Both the position numbers and the translations under genes were made by a program. The notes below the pieces were generated by a model that did no database searches, was not told the DNA's origin, and was given only the letters and a program-made list of their open reading frames with translations. A stretch of 64,000 nucleotides of DNA from Pseudomonadales bacterium (GTDB taxonomy: Bacteria > Pseudomonadota > Gammaproteobacteria > Pseudomonadales > UBA7239), in contig JAXMGN010000001.1 of the NCBI GenBank assembly GCA_046347205.1, positions 750,035-814,034 of the forward strand, in the 5' to 3' direction. Below, one piece after another: positions 54,962-63,951 of the stretch (its first letter is position 1; each line of letters starts with the position of its first letter).

Positions 54962-56250
54962 GCGACCTCCGCTTTTTTCGCGCACACAATCCACACCGGA
55001 TTTTCAGCGGCGAGTCTGTGCATATCCAACACCGGTTTGCTGCGCGAACACTGCATCTGCGTGATGTCCCATTCAGCGCCTGACGCTTTTAACGCTGCAA
55101 TAGCGGCAGCGACATTTTCAAAAGTAACAAAGTTCATCACTAAACAGCCTTGCGGTTTTAAGCGTTGCAAGATAAGTGTGATGAGCGTAGCGAGTTCGCC
55201 GCCGGAGCCGCCGATAAATACCGCGTCTGGATCTGGCCAATTTTGCAAACCCTCCGGCGCTTTGGCGTGCAACAGCGTGTAGTTGTGCAAAGAAAAATAG
55301 TTGCGATTGGCGAGAGCGTTTTCACAATCGCCGGCGTTTTTTTCGACAGCGTACACATGACCTTGTGGGCACAGCCGCGCGGCTTCCACACCCACCGAAC
55401 CGGAACCGGCGCCGATGTCCCACACAACACTGTCACGTCGCAGTTGCATACGCGCCAGAGACACGGCGCGCACTTCGCGTTTGGTAATCAAACCTTTTTC
55501 TGGATAGCGTTGTTGAAACTGATCGTCGGCAATGCCAAAAATCGCTGCAGATTTTTTTATTGTATTGCGCCACAACAGCACCACATTGAGTTCGGCAAAG
55601 CGTCGCTGTGCGATGCTGACAATATCGAGATCGGTAATAATATTTTCGTCATCGCCACACAAGTTTTCAGCAATCGCCATCTGAAACTCGTGCTGCAAAT
55701 TGGCGGTCAGCAACAGACGCGCAATGCGATCTGGCGTATTTTCTGGGCTGGTGAGCACCGCGAGTTTGTCGTACTGCATTAAAGCGCGGCGCAGTGTGTA
55801 CAGACCGTGCTCTGGCGTGGCGCCTTCTTGCCATTCGCCAGCGTCTTTGCTGTGGATAGAAACAATGTGCAGGTCTTGCCAAGGCAGACCAACGCGCGCG
55901 CAAGCGAGTTGGATAGTTGAGGTGTTGGGCAAAATCTCCAGCGCATCAAAACACAGTTGCGCAGCGAGGTAATTGGCAATGCCGTGACACAGTGGGTCAC
56001 CGGTGGCGAGCACGGCGCAGCGCAAACCCTGCTGTTGTGCCGCGCGTATCCACTGTGGCACTTGTGTCATGTTTCCGGTGAGATCGTGCGTGGTGCAGTT
56101 GTCTTTCAGCACATTCGCAAACAAGTGCAAGGTGCGCGTGCCGCCGATAACCACATCCGCACAACGCAGTATTTTGTCGGCCTGCGCCGTTAAACCTTGC
56201 GTGCCGTTGTCCAGCACACCGATGACTGCACAGCGATGCATCGCGTTCAT
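54958..56250 (-). CDS. cbiE: fused precorrin-6Y C5,15-methyltransferase (decarboxylating), CbiE+CbiT (CobL-like)
   Basis: 430 aa. The N-terminal tetrapyrrole methylase (VLATGDPLCHG) is followed by a C-terminal SAM-MTase (WDIGAGSGSV). Confidence 0.85.
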   Translation of the reverse strand: MNAMHRCAVIGVLDNGTQGLTAQADKILRCADVVIGGTRTLHLFANVLKDNCTTHDLTGNMTQVPQWIRAAQQQGLRCAVLATGDPLCHGIANYLAAQLCFDALEILPNTSTIQLACARVGLPWQDLHIVSIHSKDAGEWQEGATPEHGLYTLRRALMQYDKLAVLTSPENTPDRIARLLLTANLQHEFQMAIAENLCGDDENIITDLDIVSIAQRRFAELNVVLLWRNTIKKSAAIFGIADDQFQQRYPEKGLITKREVRAVSLARMQLRRDSVVWDIGAGSGSVGVEAARLCPQGHVYAVEKNAGDCENALANRNYFSLHNYTLLHAKAPEGLQNWPDPDAVFIGGSGGELATLITLILQRLKPQGCLVMNFVTFENVAAAIAALKASGAEWDITQMQCSRSKPVLDMHRLAAENPVWIVCAKKAEVA

Positions 56251-57350
56251 TGAGAAACGGCCTCCGCAATTTTTTTACCGTCGAAATCACACACCAACAC
56301 GCGCAATTGAAATTTATTGGGGTAGCGTGCGAGCAGCGTGGCAATCACTTTTTCCGCCAACGCTAAATGAAATTCATAGGAAAGATGTAAGCTCGCCATT
56401 TGCTCACCGGCAAAGCGCGCGGTTTCGTTGTCGCGGATTGCCGCACACATAGCGTCCGGTGCGCCGAGCGACGCACAAATATCGGCCAGTAAGCCGGTAT
56501 CGACTTCTGCGCGCCCCGCGTGCGTAATGGTTTCGCCTTGCGCAATTTTGGTCAGTTTTCCCACCATGCCGCCGATCACCACTTCGCGTATTTTGCATTT
56601 CACGGCAGCGTCCAAGGCGTAGCGCAAAAAATCCCCCATTTGTACAAAACAGGTGTCGTTCAAATGCGGCAATTCCTGCATGGTGAACTTTTCTGTGCGC
56701 CCGCCCGTGGTGAGCACCACGGTATCATTGCCGGTTTTGGCAGCGACTTGTATGCCCTGCACCACGCTGGCGCGAAACGCGCTGGTGGAATACGGTTTGA
56801 CGATGCCGGTGGTGCCGAGTATAGAAATGCCACCCAAAATACCGAGGCGCGCATTGGTGGTTTTTTTTGCCATCTCTTCGCCGCCCGGCACAGAAATCGT
56901 GACCGAGAGGCCATGATGTTCTAACAATTCGCCAGCGACTTCGCGCAAATTTTCTGCAATATTTTTGCGTGGCACGGGATTGATAGCAGGGCCGCCCACT
57001 TCCAAGCCCAAACCGGGTTTCGTGACAACGCCCACACCGGCGCCGTTGTGAAATTCAATCCGCTCCGCTGCGTCTGGCAGTATTTTTAGTTGCACCGTCA
57101 TGTGCGCACCGTGCGTGGCATCGGGGTCATCGCCCGCGTCTTTGACTACCACTGCGTGCGCTTCAGTGGCTGAACAACTGCTGTCGTGAATTGCAAACAC
57201 CACACGCTGCCCATTCGCCAACAAGCATTCCACTTGCGAAGGCACTGCGCCGTGCAACAAGCCGAGCGCGGCTGCGCGCGCCGCTGCCGCCGAGCAGGCG
57301 CCGGTAGAAAAACCGGTGCGCAAACGCTTTTTGGCGGGGATTTTTTCCAT
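56247..57350 (-). CDS. cbiD: cobalt-precorrin-5B (C1)-methyltransferase
   Basis: LRTGFSTGACSAAAARAA, GILGGISILGTTGIV.P and 367 aa are typical of CbiD. Confidence 0.9.
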   Translation of the reverse strand: MEKIPAKKRLRTGFSTGACSAAAARAAALGLLHGAVPSQVECLLANGQRVVFAIHDSSCSATEAHAVVVKDAGDDPDATHGAHMTVQLKILPDAAERIEFHNGAGVGVVTKPGLGLEVGGPAINPVPRKNIAENLREVAGELLEHHGLSVTISVPGGEEMAKKTTNARLGILGGISILGTTGIVKPYSTSAFRASVVQGIQVAAKTGNDTVVLTTGGRTEKFTMQELPHLNDTCFVQMGDFLRYALDAAVKCKIREVVIGGMVGKLTKIAQGETITHAGRAEVDTGLLADICASLGAPDAMCAAIRDNETARFAGEQMASLHLSYEFHLALAEKVIATLLARYPNKFQLRVLVCDFDGKKIAEAVSQ

Positions 57351-57356
57351 CGCAAT

Positions 57357-58049
57357 TTACGACTGCGCTCGCTGTGCATTTTCTGCCAAGGCCAAGATCG
57401 CGTGTATTGCGGCCACCACCAGTGTTGAACCGCCTTTGCGCCCGTGCGTAATAATCCACGGCACGGTATTGCACTCTGCCAACAACTCTTTCGATTCGGC
57501 GGCAGAAACAAAGCCCACGGGCATGCCGATGATGAGTGCAGGTTTTGCGTTCTCTTCGCGCACCAAACGCAATATTTCTAGCAGTGCGGTGGGCGCGTTG
57601 CCAATACCGATAATTGCACCATCCAGCAATCCCAGTTTATGTGCTTTGCGCATGGCGAATACGGCGCGCGTGGAATCAGCAGCTTTTGCATCGTTAATCA
57701 CATCGTCATCGCTGATAAATTGATGCAGAGTCACGCCGAAGTGCGCCAAGCGCGGTTTGGATACGCCGACACAAATCATTTCCACATCAGCAATCAATGC
57801 CTTGCCCTGCAAAATAGCGTTGACACCGGCCGCAATGGCTTCTGGATGAAATTGCGTCAGGCCATTAAATTCAAAATCAGCCGTGGCATGAATCATGCGC
57901 CGCACCACCGGCCACTGCTCGGCCGTGTACGCGTGTTCCCCCGCTTCTTGATCGACCACCGCAAACGATTCGTGCTCAATTTGCTGACCGAGGCGTGTCA
58001 TTTGTTCGGTGGCGATATTGCTGTGCGATGTAGAGTTAGATGTGTTCAT
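57357..58049 (-). CDS. cbiC: precorrin-8X methylmutase
   Basis: RMIHATADF, GIGNAPTAL, IIGMPVGFV and GGSTLVVAAIHA are present. Confidence 0.9.
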   Translation of the reverse strand: MNTSNSTSHSNIATEQMTRLGQQIEHESFAVVDQEAGEHAYTAEQWPVVRRMIHATADFEFNGLTQFHPEAIAAGVNAILQGKALIADVEMICVGVSKPRLAHFGVTLHQFISDDDVINDAKAADSTRAVFAMRKAHKLGLLDGAIIGIGNAPTALLEILRLVREENAKPALIIGMPVGFVSAAESKELLAECNTVPWIITHGRKGGSTLVVAAIHAILALAENAQRAQS

Positions 58050-58819
58050 GCGATTTCTTCCTCCATAGCCGTTGCACGTTGATTCAACAGGGAAAAAATT
58101 TCCGGTTCAAAACCAAAATAAGTGCCGCAATGGAAACGCACTTGCGGATATTGCTGTTGTAAATGTTCGACTTGGCGCTGGATACGCTCTACCAAAACGC
58201 CGGTAAACAAATAATACGGCAGGATGGCAATTTGCATCATGCCAAGTTGAACGTGTCGCTGCACGACGCGCTCTAAACGCGGGTAAGTGATGCCGGTGAA
58301 AGCAATATCCACCAAGGTGTGTTGTGCATTTCGGTTGAAACAATCTTCCTGTAACCAGCGCGCCATTTTTGCCACTTCGCCGTTAGCGTGCATATCGGAT
58401 GAGCCGCGCCCTAACAAAATCACGCCGGTGGTGGATGGGTCTGGCATGTCTAAGTCTTTCATGCCCGCACTCAAGCGGCGGCGCAAAATTTGCAGAATAT
58501 CTTCACAAGCCCCTAAATGCGGTGCATACACAAATTCACACTGTGGAAATTTCGCGCGTGCATGATCGATATATTCAGGAATTTCTTCTTTTACATGACC
58601 GGCAGCATTGAGGATCAGTGGAATCACGATCACGCGCTGTGCCTGCTTTCCCACTTTTTCCAGCGTGTTGTCTAACAGCGCATCAGAAAACTCGATAAAA
58701 CAGAGTTCGATGTTCCACCGCGGATTACTCTCGCGCCACTGCTGTGTAAATTGTTCAATTTCCTGGTTGCCTGCAATATTGCGCGAACCGTGACCGACTA
58801 ACAGGATGGTGCTGTTCAT
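58046..58819 (-). CDS. cbiX: sirohydrochlorin cobaltochelatase, CbiX (two-domain form)
   Basis: There are two CbiX repeats beginning ILLVGHGSRN and VILLGRGSSD. The ATG at 58819 gives an ATGA overlap with the cbiF stop, so the track start at 58969 is rejected. Confidence 0.8.
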   Translation of the reverse strand: MNSTILLVGHGSRNIAGNQEIEQFTQQWRESNPRWNIELCFIEFSDALLDNTLEKVGKQAQRVIVIPLILNAAGHVKEEIPEYIDHARAKFPQCEFVYAPHLGACEDILQILRRRLSAGMKDLDMPDPSTTGVILLGRGSSDMHANGEVAKMARWLQEDCFNRNAQHTLVDIAFTGITYPRLERVVQRHVQLGMMQIAILPYYLFTGVLVERIQRQVEHLQQQYPQVRFHCGTYFGFEPEIFSLLNQRATAMEEEIA

Positions 58820-59610
58820 GGCGTGGAATCCTCGATGGACGCTTTGCGAAAGCGGTGGGTAAAACTGGCATCGTACAATTTGGATTTTTTGAGTTCTGGC
58901 CAGTGGCGTGCACCGAGTGTGGGGCTGGCAACGATCATCGCCTGTGCGGTAATGCCTTCGGTAATGCAACGCTCGCGAATATCCGCCAGTGTGCCGCGCA
59001 CAATTTTTTCCTCATTAGGCCAACTGGCTTTTTGCACCACCAAAATGGGCGATTGATCGCTCCAACCCGCCATCAACAATTCTTTGCGAATGGTTTTTAA
59101 CAGCGTGATGGAGAGATACATGCAGAGTGTGCTGTGATGCGCGGCGAGCTCGGCTAGCGATTCGCCCTCCGGCATCGGTGTGCGCCCTTCCACGCGCGTA
59201 AAAATGACTGTTTGTGTCACTTCCGGCAAAGTCAAACTTTCGCAGGCCGCCGCCATGGATGCCATGGCCGATGTCACGCCCGGCACTACACACACCGGAA
59301 TGTTTGCCGCATCCAAAGGTTGCACCATTTCGATTAATGCGCCGTACAAACCGGGGTCGCCGGTTTGCAAACGAATAACGGTTTCATGTTGTTGCGCGCG
59401 TGAAATTAACCACTCCACAATTTGCGTCAGCGTCATGTCTTTGGAGTCGGCAATTTCACAAGTGGCGGGCGCCCACTGCGTCGCCGCTTCCGACACCAGC
59501 GAACCGGCATATAAAATGGCACCGGCTTTGGCAATTAAATCGCGCCCTTTCAATGTTAATAACTGTGGATCGCCGGGGCCTGCGCCCACAAAAAATACGG
59601 TGCCGTTCAT
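58816..59610 (-). CDS. cbiF: (cobalt-)precorrin-4 C11-methyltransferase
   Basis: [29 protein letters not shown] and VPGVTSA are present in 264 aa. Confidence 0.9.
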   Translation of the reverse strand: MNGTVFFVGAGPGDPQLLTLKGRDLIAKAGAILYAGSLVSEAATQWAPATCEIADSKDMTLTQIVEWLISRAQQHETVIRLQTGDPGLYGALIEMVQPLDAANIPVCVVPGVTSAMASMAAACESLTLPEVTQTVIFTRVEGRTPMPEGESLAELAAHHSTLCMYLSITLLKTIRKELLMAGWSDQSPILVVQKASWPNEEKIVRGTLADIRERCITEGITAQAMIVASPTLGARHWPELKKSKLYDASFTHRFRKASIEDSTP

Positions 59611-60902
59611 GCGCCAAATAGCCTCGCAATAGCGGTGGGGTTGGATGGAAAATACATATGCAGATACGAAGCGAGTAATTTTTTATCGCGATACACGGGT
59701 TCTGCTTTGCCGCGCTTGCCTTGCGTCATCGTCAATGGCATTAGCGGTGACGTGGTTTGTGAGTGATGGAAAGTGTGACCGCGCACTTCGCCTTCCGGTA
59801 ATGTCACACTGTGCAAGCCAAGATTGGCGAGTTTGTTTTGCATCACGGCATCACCGCGCAGCAAGCCACACATCGCAGCCTGCTGGCCGTTTTTATCCGT
59901 CAATGTATCCAACAAATACAACAAGCCGCCGCATTCTGCGAGCAGTGGTTTGTGCTCTGCGTGATGTTTTTCAATAGACTGTTTTAGCGAGACATTGTTG
60001 GCTAAAACATCAAGATGCAATTCTGGATAGCCGCCAGGGAGATACACCGCATCGCAATCTGGCAGTGCTTTATCGTGCAGCGGTGAAAAATAAATCAGTT
60101 TCGCACCGAGCGCCGTTAAACAATCAGTGTTGGCGCGATACAAAAAGGAAAATGCGGCATCGCGTGCAATAGCAACGCGTTTTCCCGCCAATAATTGTTC
60201 TGGCGCGTGCTGTGGTTCGGCAGGATAAAAAACTACCGGCGGAGGTAATTCAGCAGAAGATGTTTTGGCGATGGCATCTGCCATGCTATCCAAACGCATA
60301 TCGAGATCGGCCAGTTCTTGCGCTTGCACCAAACCCAAGTGGCGCGCAGGCAAAGCGGCATTTTCTTCTTGCCGAAATACTGCGCCGTACCACGTCATGC
60401 TTGCGGGCAAGCTGTTGCGCAGCAGTTCCGCGTGACTGTCGCTGGCAACGCGGTTTGCCAACACGCCAGCAAAGGGCAGCCCCGCACGATACGTCGCCAA
60501 ACCGTGTGCCAGCGCACCGAAAGTTTGCGCCATCGCGGTGGCATTGATCACGGTCAGCACGGGAATGCCAAAACGCTGCGCGAGATCGGCGCTGGAGGGC
60601 TCGCCGTCAAACAAACCCATCACGCCTTCGATCAGAATCAAATCCGCTTCAGCCGCAGCGCGGTACAGCAGCTCGCGGCAGTGCGCCTCACCGCCCATCC
60701 ACAAATCCAGTTGGTACACCGGTTGCCCGCAAGCGCGCTCGTGGATCATCGGGTCGAGAAAGTCGGGGCCACACTTGAACACGCGCACACGCCGACCGGC
60801 ACGTGTATGCAAACGCGCCAGTGCGGCGGTAATGGTCGTCTTTCCCTGACCCGATGCAGGCGCCGTGATGAACAGCGCCGGACAGTGGCGAGGTGCGTTC
60901 AT
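59607..60902 (-). CDS. cbiA: cobyrinic acid a,c-diamide synthase
   Basis: ITAPASGQGKTT, GPDFLDP and the GATase-like C-terminus with ECGGLLYL are present. I chose the ATG at 60902 (MNAPRHCPALFI), 1 nt after the cbtA stop. Confidence 0.9.
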   Translation of the reverse strand: MNAPRHCPALFITAPASGQGKTTITAALARLHTRAGRRVRVFKCGPDFLDPMIHERACGQPVYQLDLWMGGEAHCRELLYRAAAEADLILIEGVMGLFDGEPSSADLAQRFGIPVLTVINATAMAQTFGALAHGLATYRAGLPFAGVLANRVASDSHAELLRNSLPASMTWYGAVFRQEENAALPARHLGLVQAQELADLDMRLDSMADAIAKTSSAELPPPVVFYPAEPQHAPEQLLAGKRVAIARDAAFSFLYRANTDCLTALGAKLIYFSPLHDKALPDCDAVYLPGGYPELHLDVLANNVSLKQSIEKHHAEHKPLLAECGGLLYLLDTLTDKNGQQAAMCGLLRGDAVMQNKLANLGLHSVTLPEGEVRGHTFHHSQTTSPLMPLTMTQGKRGKAEPVYRDKKLLASYLHMYFPSNPTAIARLFGA

Positions 60903-60903
60903 G

Positions 60904-61659
60904 TCAGTTGGCGGCACTCATTGCTGCGGTCGTGCTCGGTTGGTCGCCTTCCACCGCACTGCGGTTAGCGCGAATATAAAACCACGCACTGGCCGCACCC
61001 AGTACTAACCAAAACAGCGCGTTGAGCAGGGCTGAAGTCAGAATGAACTGATGTTGCAAGGCTTCTGGTGCCAGAGCCTCTTTCACGGCAGGCAGCGGCG
61101 CACCAATCAAATGCGGCAGAGCTATGAGTACAAAGCCAATTGCTCTCAGGCTCCATGAGCGTGTTAGTGCACACAAACTCAAGCCGGCTGCCGTGGCCAA
61201 CACCGTGCCTATCCACCACTCTTGTCTGCCCACCAGTTCGGCGGCCGCCGTACCGGGCAGCTCAGGGTGCAGACCCAGAGACGGTGCCACGAACACACTG
61301 AGGTAGCCCGCCGCGCCCCACGCCAATCCCGTCAACACATTTTTGGGTGTGCGAAAGCGGAACAACCCCATCAAAATCAAGGCATAGCCCACGCCCATCA
61401 CCACATTGGCGCTGGCGGTAGATAGCGTGCGCTGCCAGCCATTTTCCGGCTCCCATTCCTCTTCGGCTGCTGCATCGCTGTGATGATGATCGGCTGCGGC
61501 TGCATCGTGACTAGGCGCAGGTACGGGGGCTGATTCAGTGGCTTGCTCATACGTTTCCGCTTCTAAAATCAGCGGCACGGCAGTGAACATCTGCGCCACG
61601 GTCAAAATTACGGCGGCAAGAAACCCCGCCAGCAGTGCAGGCGTTATCCATGTTTTCAT
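60904..61659 (-). CDS. cbtA: cobalt transporter subunit CbtA
   Basis: 251 aa, multi-TM, with a His/Asp/Glu-rich loop (HDAAAADHHHSDAAAEEEWE). It is paired with cbtB behind a cobalamin riboswitch. Confidence 0.8.
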   Translation of the reverse strand: MKTWITPALLAGFLAAVILTVAQMFTAVPLILEAETYEQATESAPVPAPSHDAAAADHHHSDAAAEEEWEPENGWQRTLSTASANVVMGVGYALILMGLFRFRTPKNVLTGLAWGAAGYLSVFVAPSLGLHPELPGTAAAELVGRQEWWIGTVLATAAGLSLCALTRSWSLRAIGFVLIALPHLIGAPLPAVKEALAPEALQHQFILTSALLNALFWLVLGAASAWFYIRANRSAVEGDQPSTTAAMSAAN

Positions 61660-61671
61660 GTGAGCCCCCTG

Positions 61672-61854
61672 TCAGTGGCAGGGAAACGCGGCGGTGTGGC
61701 GCGTATCGTGGGCAGCGTTGTGCGCCACGCTCATGTGCGAGAAGCCGACCGCAAAGATCAGCAAGATACCGGCAGCGATAGACGACAGTGCAGGTAACAC
61801 GTCCGTTCGGGTAGCGGTGTGAATAGATACAGCAGTAGAAGTAACAGCAGTCAT
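61672..61854 (-). CDS. cbtB: cobalt transporter subunit CbtB
   Basis: 60 aa with one TM helix and the C-terminal signature HNAAHDTRHTAAFPCH. The ATG at 61854 is preceded by GGGGAA. Confidence 0.75.
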   Translation of the reverse strand: MTAVTSTAVSIHTATRTDVLPALSSIAAGILLIFAVGFSHMSVAHNAAHDTRHTAAFPCH

Positions 61855-61959
61855 GACAATTCCCCGTGCGATGCAGAGCAGCGGAGGATGGTGACGGAAA
61901 CAATCAAAGAGACCGCTCACTGCTCGCCCGCCGCGAGTCAAGTTATCGGTTGAGGCAGG

Positions 61960-62200
61960 ATGCCAAAACCGTGTGCGGCAGGCCGGTCTCCGGGCTCATG
62001 AGTGCGTAGCATCCTGTACGCTGACGGGCACCTTCCCATGTCGCGCCAGTGGCGCAGTACACAGTGGTTATTGCCGGTCTCTACTCATTTACCGTTGCGG
62101 GGGCAGCGCTGGAATTGTTGCTCGTAGAGCAAACGCACCAGCTTCCCGTTTCACCCTCGGAGCAGAAGCTCGTCGGGCACCTGAAGCAGGGCTGCACTGT
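61960..62200 (-). promoter_or_regulatory. cobalamin (AdoCbl) riboswitch in the leader of the cbtB-cbtA-cbi operon
   Basis: The minus strand reads GGGTGAAACGGGAAGCTGGTGCG ... CAGCGCTGCCCCCGCAACGGTAA ... CCACTG ... GGGAAGG ... B12 box GAGCCCGGAGACCGGCCTGC (62000-61977). It has the same architecture as the btuB element. Confidence 0.85.
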
Positions 62201-62232
62201 AGCGAGGTTGGCGGGAGGAGGCAACCTCGCGA

Positions 62233-62832
62233 CTACATCTCCACACCTTTCTGCGCGCGCACGCCAGCTTTGAACGCGTGTTTCACTTCGTTGATTTCGC
62301 TCACGGTGTCGGCGATATCGATCAGCTCTGGCAACGCGCCGCGCCCAGTGACGACAACATGCTGCATGGCAGGGCGCTGTTTGAGATCGGCGAGTACGGT
62401 GGCAAGGTCTAGGTATTTCAAACGCAGCACGATGTTCAATTCATCCAGCACAACGAGGTTGATGTTCTCATCGCGCAGAAACTTTTTTGCCTGCTCCCAA
62501 GCGGCTTCTGCTTTTTCAATGTCGCGCGTTTTGTCCTGCGTTTCCCAAGTAAAGCCTTCGCCCATCACGTGGTAGTCCACTTCGGGGAAGCGGCGGAAAA
62601 ATGTCTCTTCGCCCGTGCTCTGTGCGCCTTTAATAAATTGCACCACGCCCACGCGCATGCCGTGACCGAGTGCGCGCGCCACCATGCCAAACGCAGCGCT
62701 GGATTTACCTTTGCCGTTGCCGGTGTGCACTAACAGCACGCCGCGCTCTTCTTGCGCAGAAGCAATTTTTTTATCCATCACTTCTTTGCGGTGCTGCATT
62801 TTTTTCTGGTGGCGTGTGTTATCGGTAGACAT
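62233..62832 (-). CDS. cobO: cob(I)yrinic acid a,c-diamide adenosyltransferase
   Basis: LVHTGNGKGKSSAAFG, VVQFIKG and LDELN are CobO/BtuR blocks. Confidence 0.9.
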   Translation of the reverse strand: MSTDNTRHQKKMQHRKEVMDKKIASAQEERGVLLVHTGNGKGKSSAAFGMVARALGHGMRVGVVQFIKGAQSTGEETFFRRFPEVDYHVMGEGFTWETQDKTRDIEKAEAAWEQAKKFLRDENINLVVLDELNIVLRLKYLDLATVLADLKQRPAMQHVVVTGRGALPELIDIADTVSEINEVKHAFKAGVRAQKGVEM

Positions 62833-62834
62833 GA

Positions 62835-63683
62835 TTACTCCTGCTCTTGCATGCGCTCGCGGCGTTGCATTTCTTCTTTGATGGCAGCGTCGATTTCGCG
62901 CAGCACGCCGCGTACATCGGCTTTTTTAGTGGAATCCGCAAAGCGCCCTGTAAGTGCAGTTTCTGGCGTTAATTCGCCTTTAGCGTACAGCGACCAGATT
63001 TCTTTTCCGTAGCGTGTTTCTAATAATTCTGGGGCGAAGCGGCCAAAAAAATCGGCGAGGTTTTGCACATCGCGCTCTAACAAACTCGCGGCATGATTGT
63101 TCTGCGCGGCATCCACGGCTTGTGGAAAATCAATGATGATGGGGCCGTCGGCGGCGAGCAAAATATTAAATTCCGATAAATCGCCGTGTACCAAGCCGGC
63201 ACACAACATGCGCACCACTTCTTGTATCAAGGTGGTGTGATGCTGGCGCGCTTCATCGGCAGAAAACAGCACATCGTTGAGGCGCGGCGCGGGTTGACCG
63301 TCGGCATCCTCAATCACATCCATCAACAACACGCCTTCAAAAAAACCGTAAGTGCGCGGCACGCGCATGCCCACAGCCGATAGCCGATACAGCGCATCGG
63401 CTTCTGCGGTTTGCCATGCGGCTTCCTGCTCTTGCTTGCCGTAGCGCGAACCTTTTTCCATCGCGCGCGCGCGGCGGCTGTTGCGGGATTTGCGGCCTTC
63501 GGTGTATTCAGCCGCTTGGCGAAAACTGCGTCGCTCCACTTCTTTGTACACTTTGGCGCAGCGCACATGTTCACCGCGCTGCACGAGGTAGACGGCTGCT
63601 TCTTTGCCGCTTTTTAATTGGCGTAGCACGTCGTCGATGATGCCGTCTTCAATCAGCGGCTTGAGGCGTTCAGGAATTTTCAT
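62835..63683 (-). CDS. RIO1-like atypical protein kinase (PA4780-type)
   Basis: LKSGKEAAVYLV, the VHGDLSEFNIL catalytic loop and IIDFPQAV match the RIO-kinase layout. It ends 2 nt before the cobO start. Confidence 0.8.
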   Translation of the reverse strand: MKIPERLKPLIEDGIIDDVLRQLKSGKEAAVYLVQRGEHVRCAKVYKEVERRSFRQAAEYTEGRKSRNSRRARAMEKGSRYGKQEQEAAWQTAEADALYRLSAVGMRVPRTYGFFEGVLLMDVIEDADGQPAPRLNDVLFSADEARQHHTTLIQEVVRMLCAGLVHGDLSEFNILLAADGPIIIDFPQAVDAAQNNHAASLLERDVQNLADFFGRFAPELLETRYGKEIWSLYAKGELTPETALTGRFADSTKKADVRGVLREIDAAIKEEMQRRERMQEQE

Positions 63684-63755
63684 GGTGGCAGTGTACCTTA
63701 AGCTGTTTACTTTATACTGAGCCCTTCCTGTGATCTGAATGAAAGAGAGCTCGCT

Positions 63756-63950
63756 ATGTCCCGCATGATTGCCGCCGCTTTATTAACCGTATTGCTCGCC
63801 GCTTGCGGCCAAACCGGTCCGTTATATCTGCCAAAAGATGACCCGAATGCAACAGCAACACCGCAACCGCCAACGGCAGAAGAACAAACAGACGACACCG
63901 AAACGGTAGCGCCTGACGCAGCGGCACCTGCCGAAAACGAGACACCATAA
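63756..63950 (+). CDS. lptM: LptM (YifL) family lipoprotein
   Basis: The lipobox is LLAA/CGQTGPLYLP, followed by a Pro/Asp/Glu-rich tail. The gene sits directly upstream of a lysA-like start. Confidence 0.7.
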   Translation: MSRMIAAALLTVLLAACGQTGPLYLPKDDPNATATPQPPTAEEQTDDTETVAPDAAAPAENETP

Positions 63951-63951
63951 T

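Noticed and set aside
62202-62230. A 9-bp stem-loop directly after the cobO stop, considered as an intrinsic terminator
   Set aside because: No U-tract follows on the minus strand. It may be an mRNA-stabilising hairpin or part of the riboswitch leader, so it is mentioned under the riboswitch finding instead.
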